Source: Lama glama | Lineage: Eukaryota | DNA: 64,000 bases | NCBI GenBank assembly: GCA_028534125.1 | Contig: CM052816.1 | Span: forward strand, 72,232,001 to 72,296,000 | Direction of reading: 5' to 3' | Shown: one piece after another, positions 39,302 through 52,287 of the stretch | How the letters are laid out: each line of letters starts with the position of its first letter | Position numbering within the stretch: the stretch's first letter is position 1 | Made by a program: the position numbers and the translations under genes | Notes under the pieces: generated by a model | Databases searched by the model: none | Told to the model about the DNA's origin: nothing | Seen by the model: only the letters and a program-made list of their open reading frames with translations

Positions 39302-40126
39302 TTTGGGCACTAGCCAGCAGCCTCTCTATTAACAAAAAATAAAGCAAAGTGAAAAAGCTCAATGGCAAAGCCTATTGAGTGCACAGTGGCTTCCACATTT
39401 GCCAGTCTCTGCTGCCTGTTCTTACTGTTGAAAGCAATTCAGAATAGATGAAGTACGACGTCTTTCCCTTCACTTGTAAATTACAAAGCTATCATTTTGT
39501 CAAAGTTATGCGTGCATTCATTCTAAGACAGAGCCTGCACAACTGAAATAAATTCTGTAAAACAATTTCAGGAATTTATGTGGGATCACAGTCACCTTTC
39601 TATTTTACCCTTCTGCTCTTCTCCTCTTCCTTCTCTTTGTTACCCTCCTCCTTCTTCATTCTCTAGGCATCTTCCCTATGTCGTTTTCCCATTGAGCCCA
39701 AAACTGTGGATATATCTAGACTTTCAGAACTGTTCTGTGGAGCTCAATGGTTAAAGATATCTATGTGCTCATCTTTTCCTCTTAACCCCTGACTCACTGT
39801 CTCACTTTGAGTCTTACTCACTGAACAATTGTGTCCTGTCATGGAGGGACCTTCTTGAGTCATTGTTCTCATAGATGTCAAAAAAAAAAAAAATTTAGAA
39901 ATTTGGAAACCCAAAGAAGAAAATAACACCATGATAGTTTCAAGCAATTAAAAATACATTGTTGTGAAGAAAAATGATTACTGATAAAAAACAAGCAATG
40001 CATTCAGAAATTTTACTAATCTGAGAAGAAATCTACACTTTTGATGAATAAAGAGTGAAACTGCTTTATTATCAAATCTTTTCATCTGAAGCTCTTAAAG
40101 CATTCATTAAATAGAAAACCAATTTC

Positions 40127-40957
40127 TTTTTGTTGTTGTTGTTCATACAAAAACATTTTTTATTTCTCCTTTTTTTAAGTTGAAGTATAATCAGTTTATA
40201 ATGTTGTGTCAATTTCTGGTGTACAGTATAATGTTTTAGTCATACACATAAATACATACATTCCCTTTCATATTCTTTTTCATTAGAAACTTGTTGTATA
40301 TCTATGTAGTAGTTAGTAGCTGCAAATCTCAAACTCCCAATTTATCCCTACCTACCCGCTTTCCCCCTCTGGTAACCATAAATTTGTTTTCTATGTCTCT
40401 GAGTCTGTTTCTGTTTTGTAAATAAGTTCATTTGTGTCTTTTTTTTTTTTTTAGATTCCACATATAAGTGACATCATACAGTATTTTTCTTTCTCTTTCT
40501 GGCTTACTTCACTTAGAATGACAATCTCCAGGTCCATCCATGTTGCTGCAAGTGGAATTATTTTATTCTTTTTTATGGCTGAGTAGTATTTTATTGTATA
40601 AATACACTACGACTTCTTTATCCAGTCATCTATTGATTGACATTTAGGTTGTTTCCATGTCTTGGCTATTGTAAATAGTGCTACTATGAACATTGGGGTG
40701 CATGTATCTTTCTGAATTAGAGTTCCCTCTGGATATATGCCCAGGAGTGGGATTGCTGGATCATATGATAAGTCTATTTTTAGTTTTTTGTAGAATCTCC
40801 ATACTGTTTTCTATAATGGCTGCACCAAACTTCATTACTATTGACAGTGTAGGAGGGTTTCCTTTTCTCCACAACCTCTCCAGCATTTATCTTTTGTGGA
40901 CTTTTTAATGATGGCAATTCTGACTGGTGTGAGGTGATACCTCATTGTAGTTTTAAT
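40127..40957 (-). mobile_element. Young artiodactyl/camelid L1, 5'-truncated (3' UTR plus ORF2 C-terminus)
   Basis: Minus ORF includes [35 protein letters not shown] (L1 ORF2 C-terminus); degenerate 16-bp TSD at 40111-40126 and 40958-40973. Confidence 0.92.
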
Positions 40958-42869
40958 ATGGAAAATTAATTTCAGTAAACACATTTTATAATAAAAAATG
41001 GTGGAAACTGTTAAGATTTTAAGATCAAAGAGAGTCAATGATACAATTGGAAGAGTCTATGTTCTAACATATGACCAAAGTCATTATTTTTATTGCACAT
41101 TGCAAATGATAGTAACCATTTTTGCTGAAAATGCAAACAGGAAATAAACTAAACCTATATTAAACATTTTAAAGAGTAGAAGAGAACATAGTAAATACAT
41201 ATCAGTAAATTTTAAAGCATATATGAAGCAACAATTTTCTCAAAAGAATCTATTAAAATAATCAAGCCAAGGCAAAAGATAAAAAACAAACAAAAAAATC
41301 AGAAAACCTAATAGATTAATAACCATTTCATCAGGTAATACCAACTAATAACTTTGTTCTGCTGAGGAAAAGATTAGGTAGACTTCAAGGCCAAATGTCA
41401 GAAGGGACACATGCTAAAGGAAAGATTTTTCTGATTTATAACCCAAATTACCTAGTACACTGAATCACAAACCCCCTTTTTAAATGTGTATAAATCTGAT
41501 TTTAAAAACAATAAAAACAAGCTATGCTATTACAATAACTCTATAATTAATCTTAAATAAATTATTTCATTTTACCTTTTAAAAAATCTTAAGTAATATT
41601 TGGGCTAACAATTCTAATCTTGATGAGAAAATGAATCATATCTTTTTTATAACTTGCAGTCACTGACAATCATTAGAATATAGCTTTTTTTGGCTTACAT
41701 GTGAAAGACATACTTTATATTTAATTCATTTTATATTATACAAAATGCTGGTAAATGTTATGTAAGAAAATGCACTTGAACAAAATTTGCTTTAAAAGGC
41801 TCTGTTCAAGTTGCATGGTCACAATGGTACTGCAAAATGTGCTTTATTTAATCACTTTTCTTTTGTTTTACTTAGCTCAATTTTCAAAGCTACACTGATA
41901 CAGTCTTGGCAGTGCATGGTATACAGACATGGAAGTATTTTATGAGAAATGCAGTTGGATAGATTCCTAAATTTTTCTAAATGATTCATGTATGACAGTA
42001 TAAAGGTAGCTAGATTATGGTAACTTTTTTTCTCTTCCTGAAAATGACTATAATATTTAACTGCTGTGAAATGAAACCGTAAATTATAACCTAGACAGCA
42101 AAGAAAGAAAGAAAATCTGTCAAAACATATTCAAAATTGTTAAAGACATAAGTGGATGTGTCTGGCTAAACGAGATTTAGAACTCCTTAAGTCTTTTTTA
42201 CCTTTAGAAAGGAAAAAGACTTGAAATTTTTAAGTCTGAGGAGAATGATTAAAAACAACATCAACAAATAAAGCATTAACCAGTCTCTCTGCCATTAGTT
42301 ATTTTGATCATCCATCTGTAATCTTTATCCAATCAAATTATATAACATTTTAATAGGGAGAAAGAAATTCTATTGAGAGAGGAAAATAAATTTTACTAAT
42401 TGAAGAAACTAAATTCAAGAGACTTAATAAATAGATGCTTTACTGGGATACTGCAATTAGCAATGATAACAGCAATACATAAAGCAAATTATGAGAGTAA
42501 AGTGATTTTTCTTCCTGCTAGGCTATAAAAGATGCTTTTTAAAGGGTACATTAATACCATTTCCTTCTTAATGTAAGCTTGGGCATCAGCCCAGGTACCA
42601 TTTCTAAAAGGAGTAGGCATTTAACAAGGCATTTATGGAAGCACATCAGTAGTATTGCTCAAGGCAAACTGTGCATTTCTAGTGAAAGGACTAAGTAGTT
42701 ATTAGCAACTTTTATTGAAATAGTTTGGGCAACTTTCACAGGAGAGCAATGAAGATGTTGACTAAATTGCTCAGGAAAATAAATTCCAAATGAAAGAAAT
42801 GCATTTGCAATTCTAGAAGTTCAATGGAAATGCCAATTAATCACATTTTCTATTTAAGAAAAGATTAGA

Positions 42870-44285
42870 CAGACTTCAAGGTCAAGATGGCAGAGGGAAC
42901 ACATGTTAATATACCAGTTCTTGTGTGCATTCTCTCTTTCTCTTTCTGTATATATTACACATACATATACGCATCCATTCCTGCTATGGATACATACATA
43001 TGTATATGTATATATACACACACACACACACAAAACAGAAAGATTGATAGATATATAGATAATTGTATAGACAAAGAATTTTTAATATCAGAACAAGAAA
43101 GTAAAGTGTCTAGATGTCTAGCTGCCAGAAACAGAAAAGAGACATATAGCAATAAGCCAGATTTGAAGCCAGTAGGCCATTCAGTGACTATCACTGAGAG
43201 ACTCCACAGTGGCTAAGGCCTCAGCACCTGCAGAGAGAAGAGCCAAGTCTCTGAGCCCCAGGTAAAGTGGGGAACCATAACTTGGAACCATCTGTGAAGC
43301 CAGAAGATGGAACACATTCAAAGTGACAGAGGGAAATATTTCACAATGATAAAATGAACAGTCAACCAATACATGACAATTAAAACTTGTGTGCACTGAA
43401 CCAGAACTTTGCAATATATAAAGCAAGGCTGGTATAATAAAAGAAGGAAAATCTCAAATCCAAGAATTATGGTAGGATATTTTAACCAACTAATTACGAA
43501 ACTGATAGATTAAGCAGACAGAAAGCAGATCTTGAAATGCCCAAACTTAATTAATATTTTTTAGTCAATAGATACGTTAGCAATCTATTCACTCAATAGA
43601 GAATGTATATATTTTTAAGCACGTATTTTGAAACTTTATAAAAATGAATCATTACTTCAGACAAAAGTTTTAAGAGATTCAAAAAAAAAAAAATTAAACA
43701 GTCCACAACTCTCTAGCCAAAATAAATAAAACTGAAATCAGCAACCAAAGATACCTAATAAAACTCAATAATTTTGGAAATAAAACACCACATTGCTAAA
43801 TAAATAACAATGGACATTTAAAAATAACTAAAATTAATAAACAGAAAAGGCACTTTATTTTCCAACTAGTGGTCCTAAATCAATATTTGAATGGGAATAT
43901 ATAATTTATATCTGTTAATTAAAAGTTAAGACAAATTGAGAATAAATAAATTTAGCAATTGTTTAAACAGAAATGTAGTAAACCAAGGGAATATAGAGAA
44001 AGAAATACCAAAAGTAAAAGTAGACACTAATAAAATAGAAAATGACAAGAGTAACAGAAGCAATCGTAACCAAGAATTGGAGATGATGATCAACAGAACT
44101 AAGGGATAATTTTTGGAAAAAACAAACGTTCTTACAAGCATGGTAAATAATGCTGGAGAACATAATGCATAAATATCAACAAATTTGAAAGTATAAATGA
44201 AATTACAATTTTCTCAAAAGATTAAATTACATAAGTCAAAAGAAGGCAAAAGAAAAACGATTAATAAACAAACAAAACATATAGA
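42870..44285 (+). mobile_element. Ancient L1: possible 5' end plus ORF2 endonuclease-region debris
   Basis: GACTTCAAGGTCAAGATGGC 5'-end-like motif; AAAGTGACAGAGGGAAATATTTCACAATGATAAAA, ACTGATAGATTAAGCAGACAG, AAATAAAACTGAAATCAGCAAC. A TA/CA microsatellite lies at about 42945-43065. Confidence 0.65.
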
Positions 44286-44289
44286 AGAC

Positions 44290-44705
44290 CTATAGATTTC
44301 TCTCAGAAGCAGACACCCTAGACAAACATTTGGATCCAAGTAATTTACATGGAACTTGACCTCCCAAAGCACTGATCGGGTAGTGGAGAAGCAAGACTGG
44401 GAAGAAATTTCTTGTACAGGTTACTGCAGGGGGCAACTGAGGCCCAGTCTCACTGGAGACTCTGGAAGACTGTGTGAGGGGGCACCCCTCAGAATTATCC
44501 TGCTTGAGGGGCAAAGAGAACTAGGCTATTTATCCATCTTTCATTTGCTGAGGGTTTCTCTTGGGGGTGTTAGCTCCCTGGATCTTTGTGGCCTGCTCTG
44601 CCCAGGAGCCAAAGAATCAGCCAGAGAATCCAGGGGCTCCTAGGAGGCAGTTATCAGCATACACGGTACAGATGAATCATGGGCAGGGCGCCAACAGCCT
44701 GTGCT
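44290..44705 (-). mobile_element. ERVL solo LTR (LTR16-like)
   Basis: CAGAAGCAGACACCCTAGACAAACATTTGGATCCAAGTAATTTA...CAGGTTACTGCAGGGGGCAACTGAGGCCCAGTC...CCCTCAGAATTATCC. Confidence 0.75.
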
Positions 44706-45399
44706 GAAGTATCTACTCATTTTTTTTTAAATACTTCAGCAGGATTGCTGGGGTCGAACAATGAAGGGGATCCCTCACCACAAGGCATGCAACTTGGGAA
44801 GCCTCCCCATCCTTGAGGGCCTGAGAGCCCCCTCTCCCATCCAACCTGTTAACACTCAAGTTTTTCATTTGATGTGAGAATTCAGATGCAAGAGACTCGT
44901 TTTGGTTTGAGGTAATCAGAACAGACTTTTTAGAGGATGTGAAACATGAGAGGGCAAGATTTCAGTGGGTAGTAAGAAACAAAGAGAACATTCCAGGTAG
45001 AGGAGACTGGTATACATAAAATGAGTGCAAGAGTAGAAATGAGAAAGCTCGGTTCATGTTTTCATATTAAGGAATGATCCAGGTTGATTATGTAAGTGGT
45101 TTGTATGATAAATTTCAGCGGCAGGTGATTTAGAAAGATGTGGAATATGGCTTTAATTGACATTGCTAGGCTAAAGAAATAACAAAGAAAATGGTATTTC
45201 AGACAGTTAAATCTGTCAGTAAGGTCAAAGAGGGGGTTTCAGGGCAAAGAGCTGCAGTGATTTTTGAAGTCATGTGAACATCTACAAACAAGTGCCTATA
45301 TTTGGACCGGCTACAGTGGGGATGAAAAAAAAAAAAGGACAAGTATGACAAGAGGGAGGATCACATAGAATTTTAGAATCTATTTTAGAATACCACCCA

Positions 45400-45515
45400 C
45401 TTCCCTACCATTTTGAAGATCAGGTAACTGAAGCAGAGAGGGGAAATGTCTTATCTGATGTCACAGGCTAGTTAGTAGCTGAGACAAGAATAGATTTTGA
45501 TCACTGGACTCTAGG
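45400..45515 (-). mobile_element. MIR SINE
   Basis: CCATTTTGAAGATCAGGTAACTGAAGCAGAGAGGGGAAATGTCTT...GTCACAGGCTAGTTAGT. Confidence 0.7.
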
Positions 45516-46152
45516 CAATGGCTATTTTTAAATTCACAGGCTCCTTCTTCCAATGATAAGCAAATGATTGAACTATGCTTGTTACATGCAGACTTTCCTT
45601 TCCCTTTTCTGGTGTGAGGCGTAAGAACGGAAATAAGAAACAACCAAAGATTCTTTTTCTTATCTCACTAGGAAAATTTTTAGAACTTGGTAACTGGTTA
45701 GACATGAAGTTTAAAATCAAATAAAGACGTAAGACAAATGGATACTTTAAAGCCTTAATGTATGAGGAAATAAAATGGATTTTAAGTGAGAAAGTGAAAC
45801 TATTTTTGCAGAGATAAAGACATTTCCTCTATGCTTGCTGAGTTTAAGGTGACAACAACATATACAAATATGGTCATATACAAGCATGGTCAGCATGAAG
45901 ATGGGGTATATGGTCAGGAGGATTTGAGACTCATCTGTATACAAGCACTGACTTTACTTATATATCCATGGATTTCAGATGTGGCTTCTGAAGTTATTTT
46001 ATTTAGTCAAATTTCTCTTCTCTATCCTCAAAGACCTAGGATTGAGTAGCAACTTATTTTTTTAACTTTGTACGGTTTGATTAATCTCTGATACCCAGTT
46101 GCTACATAATACCTGTATCACATTTATAAATTTATAGTTAAAGTTATTTTTA

Positions 46153-46486
46153 TTTATTTATTTATTTTTATTTAAATATAGTTGATTTACAACATTGTGT
46201 TAGTTTCAGGCATACAACTTCAGATTGTTTTCCATTATAGATTTTCAAAAGATATTTAATATAGTTCCTGTACTATACAGTAAATCCTTCTTTATCTATT
46301 TCATATACAGTAGTGTGTATCTGTTAATCCCATACATCTAATTTATCCCTCTCCCTCCCTGTTCCCCTTTGGTAATCATATTTTTGTTTTCTATGTCTGT
46401 GAGTCTGTTTCTGTTTTATAAATAAGTTGATTTGTTTTGTTTTGTTTTGTTTTAGATTCCACATACAAGTGACATAATATTTAGAC
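46153..46486 (-). mobile_element. Young artiodactyl-type L1 3' end with 13-bp TSD
   Basis: TATAGTTGATTTACAACATTGTGTTAGTTTCAGG...CTATGTCTGTGAGTCTGTTTCTGTTTT...AGATTCCACATACAAGTGA; exact TSD AAAGTTATTTTTA at 46140-46152 and 46487-46499. Confidence 0.9.
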
Positions 46487-46749
46487 AAAGTTATTTTTAG
46501 AGGAAATTTCACAGGGTAAGATTTGACTGTCTGGAAAATATATCCAGAATACAATATCTAGTTCCATAATATTGTCAAATAAATGTACTACAATCTTTCT
46601 TTTAAAGTCAAGCACCTACATTTCTTTAGAGAATGTTTAATGAGAATTATCTTGAAAAATGATTTTTAAAGTTTGTCTGAATCTCTGCTCTATGAAATTG
46701 ATTATGAAAAGTATTTTTCTTTGAATCATTTTCTTTCTTCGAAAAATTT

Positions 46750-47225
46750 TTAAAAGAGTTTTAGGTTTACAAAAAAATTCAAAGGGAGGTACAGAGATTT
46801 CCCATATACCCCTTGCCCCCACACATGCATAACTTCTCTCATTGTCAACATCACTCACTAGAATGGTACGTTTTGTTTTTGTTTTTTAACCAAGGATGAA
46901 CCAATACTGTCACACTGTAATCACCCAAAACCCATAGTTCACCCTAGAGTTCACTCTTGGTATTATACATTCCATGGGTCTGGACAAATGTGTAATGATA
47001 TATACACTGTATCCATCATTATTATATCACACAGTATTTCTACTGCTCTCAAAATCCCCTGTCCTCTACCTGTTCATCTCTCCTTCTCCTCCTCCACCCT
47101 TGACAACCACTGATCTTTTTATTGCCTCCATAGTTTTGCCTTTTCCAGACTGTCATATAGTTGGAATCATACAGTACGTTGCCTTTTCAGACTAACTTCT
47201 TTCACTTAGTAATATGTATTTAATG
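46750..47225 (-). mobile_element. L1MC-type 3' end
   Basis: AGTTTTAGGTTTACAAAAAAATT...GGTACAGAGATTTCCCATATACCCC...CTCCATAGTTTTGCCTTTTCCAGACTGTCATATAGTTGGAATCATACAGTA. Confidence 0.85.
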
Positions 47226-48127
47226 TCTTTTTTAAAAAAATCTAGAGTTCTATTTCATTTGCTGCTGCAGTCTCTGGGTTATATAATTGCTACCTATTTG
47301 TTCCTAGATGCATTAAGTCTTTATTGCTATGAGTGAATATTTATTAAGCAGCCATCTGAATAGAGAAATGAATACAGTATGGGTTTGAAAAATGTTTGCT
47401 TTCTAATACATGTAAGCTTAAGTGATTTAAATTGGGAAACAAATAAACAAAAAACAAAATAAAACTTTCACTATGTGCCAGAAACTCTACTAGCTTTCCA
47501 CTTAATCCAGAAAATGGCTTGCACATTAGGAATTATTCTCTCCACTTTAAATATAAAGAAACTAAAATAGAGATTAAGTAACGTGCCGATATTGATATAG
47601 TTACTAAGAGACAGAGCCTACAAGTGAATCCAAGCCTTCATTCACGTAATCATTCATAAATTAGGAGACTGGGAAACACTGATCCTGCATTTTAGCATAA
47701 CACTTGACTTGGGGCCCACCGCGCTACTCACCACTTCCTGTTGTCTTCTTTTTGGCCCGCTTTACTCATTGTCTGATTCGCCTAGTTTTTCAGTGAGCCC
47801 AGAAGGAGTCCAGTAGACTTTGGATAACCCTGTTAATTTTGAGAAACTTATTCTGAAAAGTTTCAACACTGATACGGAGTCTCAAAAAGCCAAGAATCAT
47901 ACTGTGGCTCCTTGGAATTCCCGCAGTTCCACACAGTCATGTAGGAAAGCTCAGAAAGCCTCTTTTATCCTAGGAAACTCCTGATGAATAGGTGAGTAGG
48001 AAGGGATTCCAAGGATGTCCTCATTTGTGACTTACTGATAGCTGCCTAAAACTTCAACAGGAACGTTAGGGAATGCTTTCTTTAAATATAATGACCCTCA
48101 ATTTAATGACACATGAAGAACTGAGGT

Positions 48128-48585
48128 ATTAATTCATTCAGCAGTAAATATTTATTCCACCCCCCATGTAGGCTGTGCACTCTGCAATGTGCTGGGAGGT
48201 CCTTGGAAAACAAGGGTTGGGGTGTCTGCTCTCATGGAGCACAGGTCGGGGGAAAGAAAATAATAAACAACTAAGTAAGTAAACACAGATATATAACTGC
48301 AGGTTATGAGAAGTGATGGAACAGGGTACTGTGATAAGAAATGGCATAAAAGGCTTTTTTTAGGTTGGGTGGTCAGGGGAGGTACCTCTGAAGATATTAC
48401 CTCTGAGCTGAGACCTGAAAGATGAGAAGGACCCAATCTCATGAGGGGACAAGGGAGCAGAATTTCAAGCAGAGCTAATTGCAAGAGCAAAGTGAGGTGG
48501 AGATTATGACTGTTCTAAGCACAGACAGAAGGTGAGAATGGCTGGAGCTTCCTGAGGTAGGCAGATAAAAACAGAAAATGAGGTA
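48128..48585 (-). mobile_element. L2a-like LINE 3' end
   Basis: ATTCATTCAGCAGTAAATATTTATT...GGGTGGTCAGGGGAGG..CTCTGAAGA...TGAGCTGAGACCTGAAAGATGAGAAGGA. Confidence 0.8.
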
Positions 48586-48694
48586 ATTACTTGTTCTTAT
48601 TTCATGAATTTAATTAAAATCTTCTGGCATATTTACAAACCACAAGCCCCCTCAGTGGATTCTGAAGGCTTCTCACTGTTTAAAAGTGAATAAG

Positions 48695-49545
48695 AAGACA
48701 CACACCAATAAAAATGAACAGAAGATTCGAAGAGATGCTTTCCAAAATGATAGAACATGAGCACATGAAAAGATGCCTAACACCCTTGCTCAGAAGAGAA
48801 ATGCAAATTAAAACTACCAGGCGATAACACTACCCTCTAAAATGGCTACAACTACAAAGACTGACAATGTCAAGTGTTTGGAAGGATATGGAACTGAAAC
48901 GGTTGCACATTGTTTGTGGGTCCAACTACTTCAGAAAATAATTTGGCAGTTTCTCACAAAGTTAAACATACACTGAACTGTATGATACAGCAATTTCATT
49001 CCTAGATATTTACCCCAAATAAATGAAAATATGTTATCTACAGAAAAGCTTGCACACTAATGCCCATAGCAGCTGGATGATAGCAGGCAAAAATCAGAAA
49101 CAATGAAAAGGTCCATTAAAATGTATCAGTATAATGGCATATTCTCCTTGCAAGAAAAGGAAACAAACTGCTTACGTCTACAACTCTATGGATGAACCTC
49201 AAGAACATTATGCTGAGAGAAAGTAGCTGGACATAGACATAAGCACAAACGTGTGTGTGTGTGTGTGTGATGATTCTATCTATATGAAATTCAAGAATGG
49301 ACAAAATTACTCTATAGTGACAGAAAGTGAAAGCCCATGAGACCAATGGTTGCCTGGGGCTAAGAGCGGGAAAGTGTTGCCGCAAAGAGTCATGAGGCAA
49401 CTATTTGGGGTGATGCAAATGTCCTAAATCTTGATTGTGATGATGGTAATATGGGTATAGATATCTATGACAACTCACTGAACTTTACACTTAAAACAGA
49501 TGCATTTTATTGTATATAAGTTATACCTCAATAAAGTTCATGGGA
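48695..49545 (+). mobile_element. L1MB/ME-type 3' end, containing a (GT)n run at about 49251-49269
   Basis: AGCACATGAAAAGATGC...GAAATGCAAATTAAAACTAC...CAGCAATTTCATTCCTAGATATTTACCC...TTATACCTCAATAAAG. Confidence 0.85.
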
Positions 49546-49969
49546 AAGAAAAAAGAGTGAATGAATTTGCTTTTGTTGATGTTCGTTATTATTGTTCATA
49601 AGATCTATTTTTTGTAGTAATCTAATCATGTTTCTTGTATTTCTTTAAAAATACTCACTTTTTATTATCTTATTTTCCTTTACCAGTTCTAACTGAAGTT
49701 TTAAAAAATATATTGGTATTTTACATTATGTGGTACAAAGCTATGAGAAAAATGGGATCTTTTCCTGAATTCAATTAATTTACTGGCATTAAGGAAACCT
49801 TTGCCTTATGTTTTTTTGGGGGGGCTTTTTGTTTGTTACTTTAATTTGGGGTATTGTGTTAAAGAATGGTAACTATGGATATTAAAGGGAAGTTTCACAG
49901 AAAGATTTTAAATTATCGTGGTATTGTAGATTTCTCACAGGTTTAAGATTAAATGTGCCCCAAAGTGGA

Positions 49970-50550
49970 TGTCTTAAAGCTCCCTGAAAAATAGAGCCTG
50001 AGTCAGAGCTTACATCCTAAGACTTTATCGAGAGGGTCAATGCCAAGGCAACAAGAGTGAGAGAAAAAGAAGTGAGTCAAGGAAGGAAGAAAAGTGTTCC
50101 ACTGCCAAGCAGCCACAGCTTTGAGAAGGAAGTGCAATATATTTCTCACAATTAGTAAGGAAGTTTTCAAAAAAGGTCTTAAGGAACCCCTGCCACTTAG
50201 AACAGTCTGAGAGAGAAGGAAAGGAGAGGAATTTATCTGCTGGCTCTTTCCAGTTCCTGACTCTAATTAGTCTAAGTTTTTGTCTATGGGGCATTAAACC
50301 CTTACACTTCTGAGCTGTGTTGTTAGGTGCTGGCGGGGCCCTGTCCTGGGGCCCCCAACACAATACTCTGTCTGAGTCTAGACGTGATGGGAAGAACCAG
50401 AGCTGCTCTGGGTCCCATCAGGATGGGCTTGGGTGCATGGCTACTGCGGTTCCCCTTGTGGAAAGCGCATGAAGGCTGTGCTGGAGCAGCTGACACCTGG
50501 GAGGACTGAGACAGCAGAAGTGTTGGCAGATGAAGCACCAGTGGTGACAG
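49970..50550 (-). mobile_element. ERVL solo LTR (LTR16/LTR33-like)
   Basis: TGTCTTAAAG..CCCTGAAAAATAGAGCCTGAG...CTTTAT..GAGAGGG...GAAGTGAGTCAAGGAAGGAAGAAAAG. Right boundary uncertain. Confidence 0.6.
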
Positions 50551-52198
50551 TAGGAGTATTCCAATGAACAGGTAACCTGTTGAAGCCCAGTCGGGGAGAT
50601 GTGAACATGGGCATCTGGGCAGGTATGTGAGGTCGGTTCTTTACTCTGGGTTCTGTACTCTGGGACACTAGAAGCCAAATGAGCTTTTATAATTGCAGTC
50701 CCTTAAGTATGGGGGAAATTTGGTGGTGGTGGTAAAGAAAGAAAGGAAAATTTTCCCTCTTGGACTATTTTGGGGTGTTTACTACTTCAAATTCATAATG
50801 CTATTTGGTAACTAATTGTGCTCTTATCCTAAAAAAAAATACTTCTCATGAAGGCACAGATTAAATTTCCTTTGATGATATTACTATATTTTATTTCTAC
50901 CATGAGTCCATCTGCAGTTGTACGTTTCCCAATATTCATTGATCTACAAGGATCAATACTGAGGCTCTGGTTTGGTCACATCTGCAACTTAATTAAAAAT
51001 GAAACAAGATAAAATAAAACGAATCACCATAACATCATTTTTATGTATGCAAGATGAGAATTAATACAAATTTTAATTCAAATAATGCCAAACACCACCT
51101 TAAACAATAAATGTTCACGAAAGTTTAAATTAAGATTTAATTTTTATAAATTAAACATGTAAAATGTTAAGCTAAACCCACTCAAAAATAAACAAATCCT
51201 ACTTTTTGGCATATAAAATTTTTCACATGAAGTCATAAATATTTTATTTATTTAAAATATAGTGTGCTAGAATTTGATAAAGTAAATTTGGTTATATAAG
51301 AAAAACTGCATGTCCCTCGCAAAGTAGAAAAGGTCAGGCATTAGTAAAATCTGAATGTTGCTTCTCTTCCTTCATCCTATTTCTCCTCATTTTGGGGAAA
51401 GTACATCTACACGTATTTTCTTTGTTCTTTCAGGTTCCAAGTAATTTAATTTTTTTTTCTCTACCAAGAATGAACCAGAGAAACATCTTGTTTCATTTTT
51501 TGCAGTACTAGGAAAATTTTTTTTAATCTCAGGAGGAAATTCTGCAGCACGCATAAGTCATGGGTTGCCTTGGGAAAACAAATTCTACTAAATATTTTAT
51601 AATAAATAAATATAATCAATATGGATCACATAGTTATAAATGTAATGCAAGATAACTTATACAAGTGAGAAAAAAGAGACACAGAAAAATAATATCAAGA
51701 AGTAAGGTCACAAACTGGCCACTGACCAAAGGAGGTCTAGACTTTTGAGAGTGTAGTTAACCACTGTATCACCAGGGACAGAATTTTAAAAATGTATGGC
51801 TAACTACATTTCTGTTTTCCCAAAAGCCCATCCTGTTGCAAGGCAATTTTTGTCTGGATCTGACCTTAAAATTCAATGAAAGGAGAAGAAATATTCTCTT
51901 TGGACTCATTCAGAGTTATCTCAACAGTGTTTACATTGAAAATATAATTTCAGTTCTGAGGCTGGCAAAGCAGGAGTTTTTAGGTCAAAGACTCAGTCTC
52001 TTTGAGTCTCTTTAATCAATATTTTAGTTTCAGAGAAATGGAATATTCCTGTTTGATTACAATTTGTGTTCTATAGCTTGGAGCAACTTCCATAATTAAA
52101 AATTGTATCACAGACACCTTTCTCTGGACACACACATATACACACATGCTTGTGCACATACATGCATCAGCATACACATTCACATGAAATCACAAATC

Positions 52199-52287
52199 TT
52201 TTTTTTAACATTTTTTATTGATTTATAATCATTTTACAATGTTGTGTCAAATTCCAGTGTTCGGTACAATTTTTCAGTCATACATGG
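52199..52287 (-). mobile_element. Young camelid-type L1 3' stub
   Basis: T-run then TTTATTGATTTATAATCATTTTACAATGTTGTGTCAAATTCCAGTGT; homologous to the other young L1 ends in the window. Confidence 0.75.
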
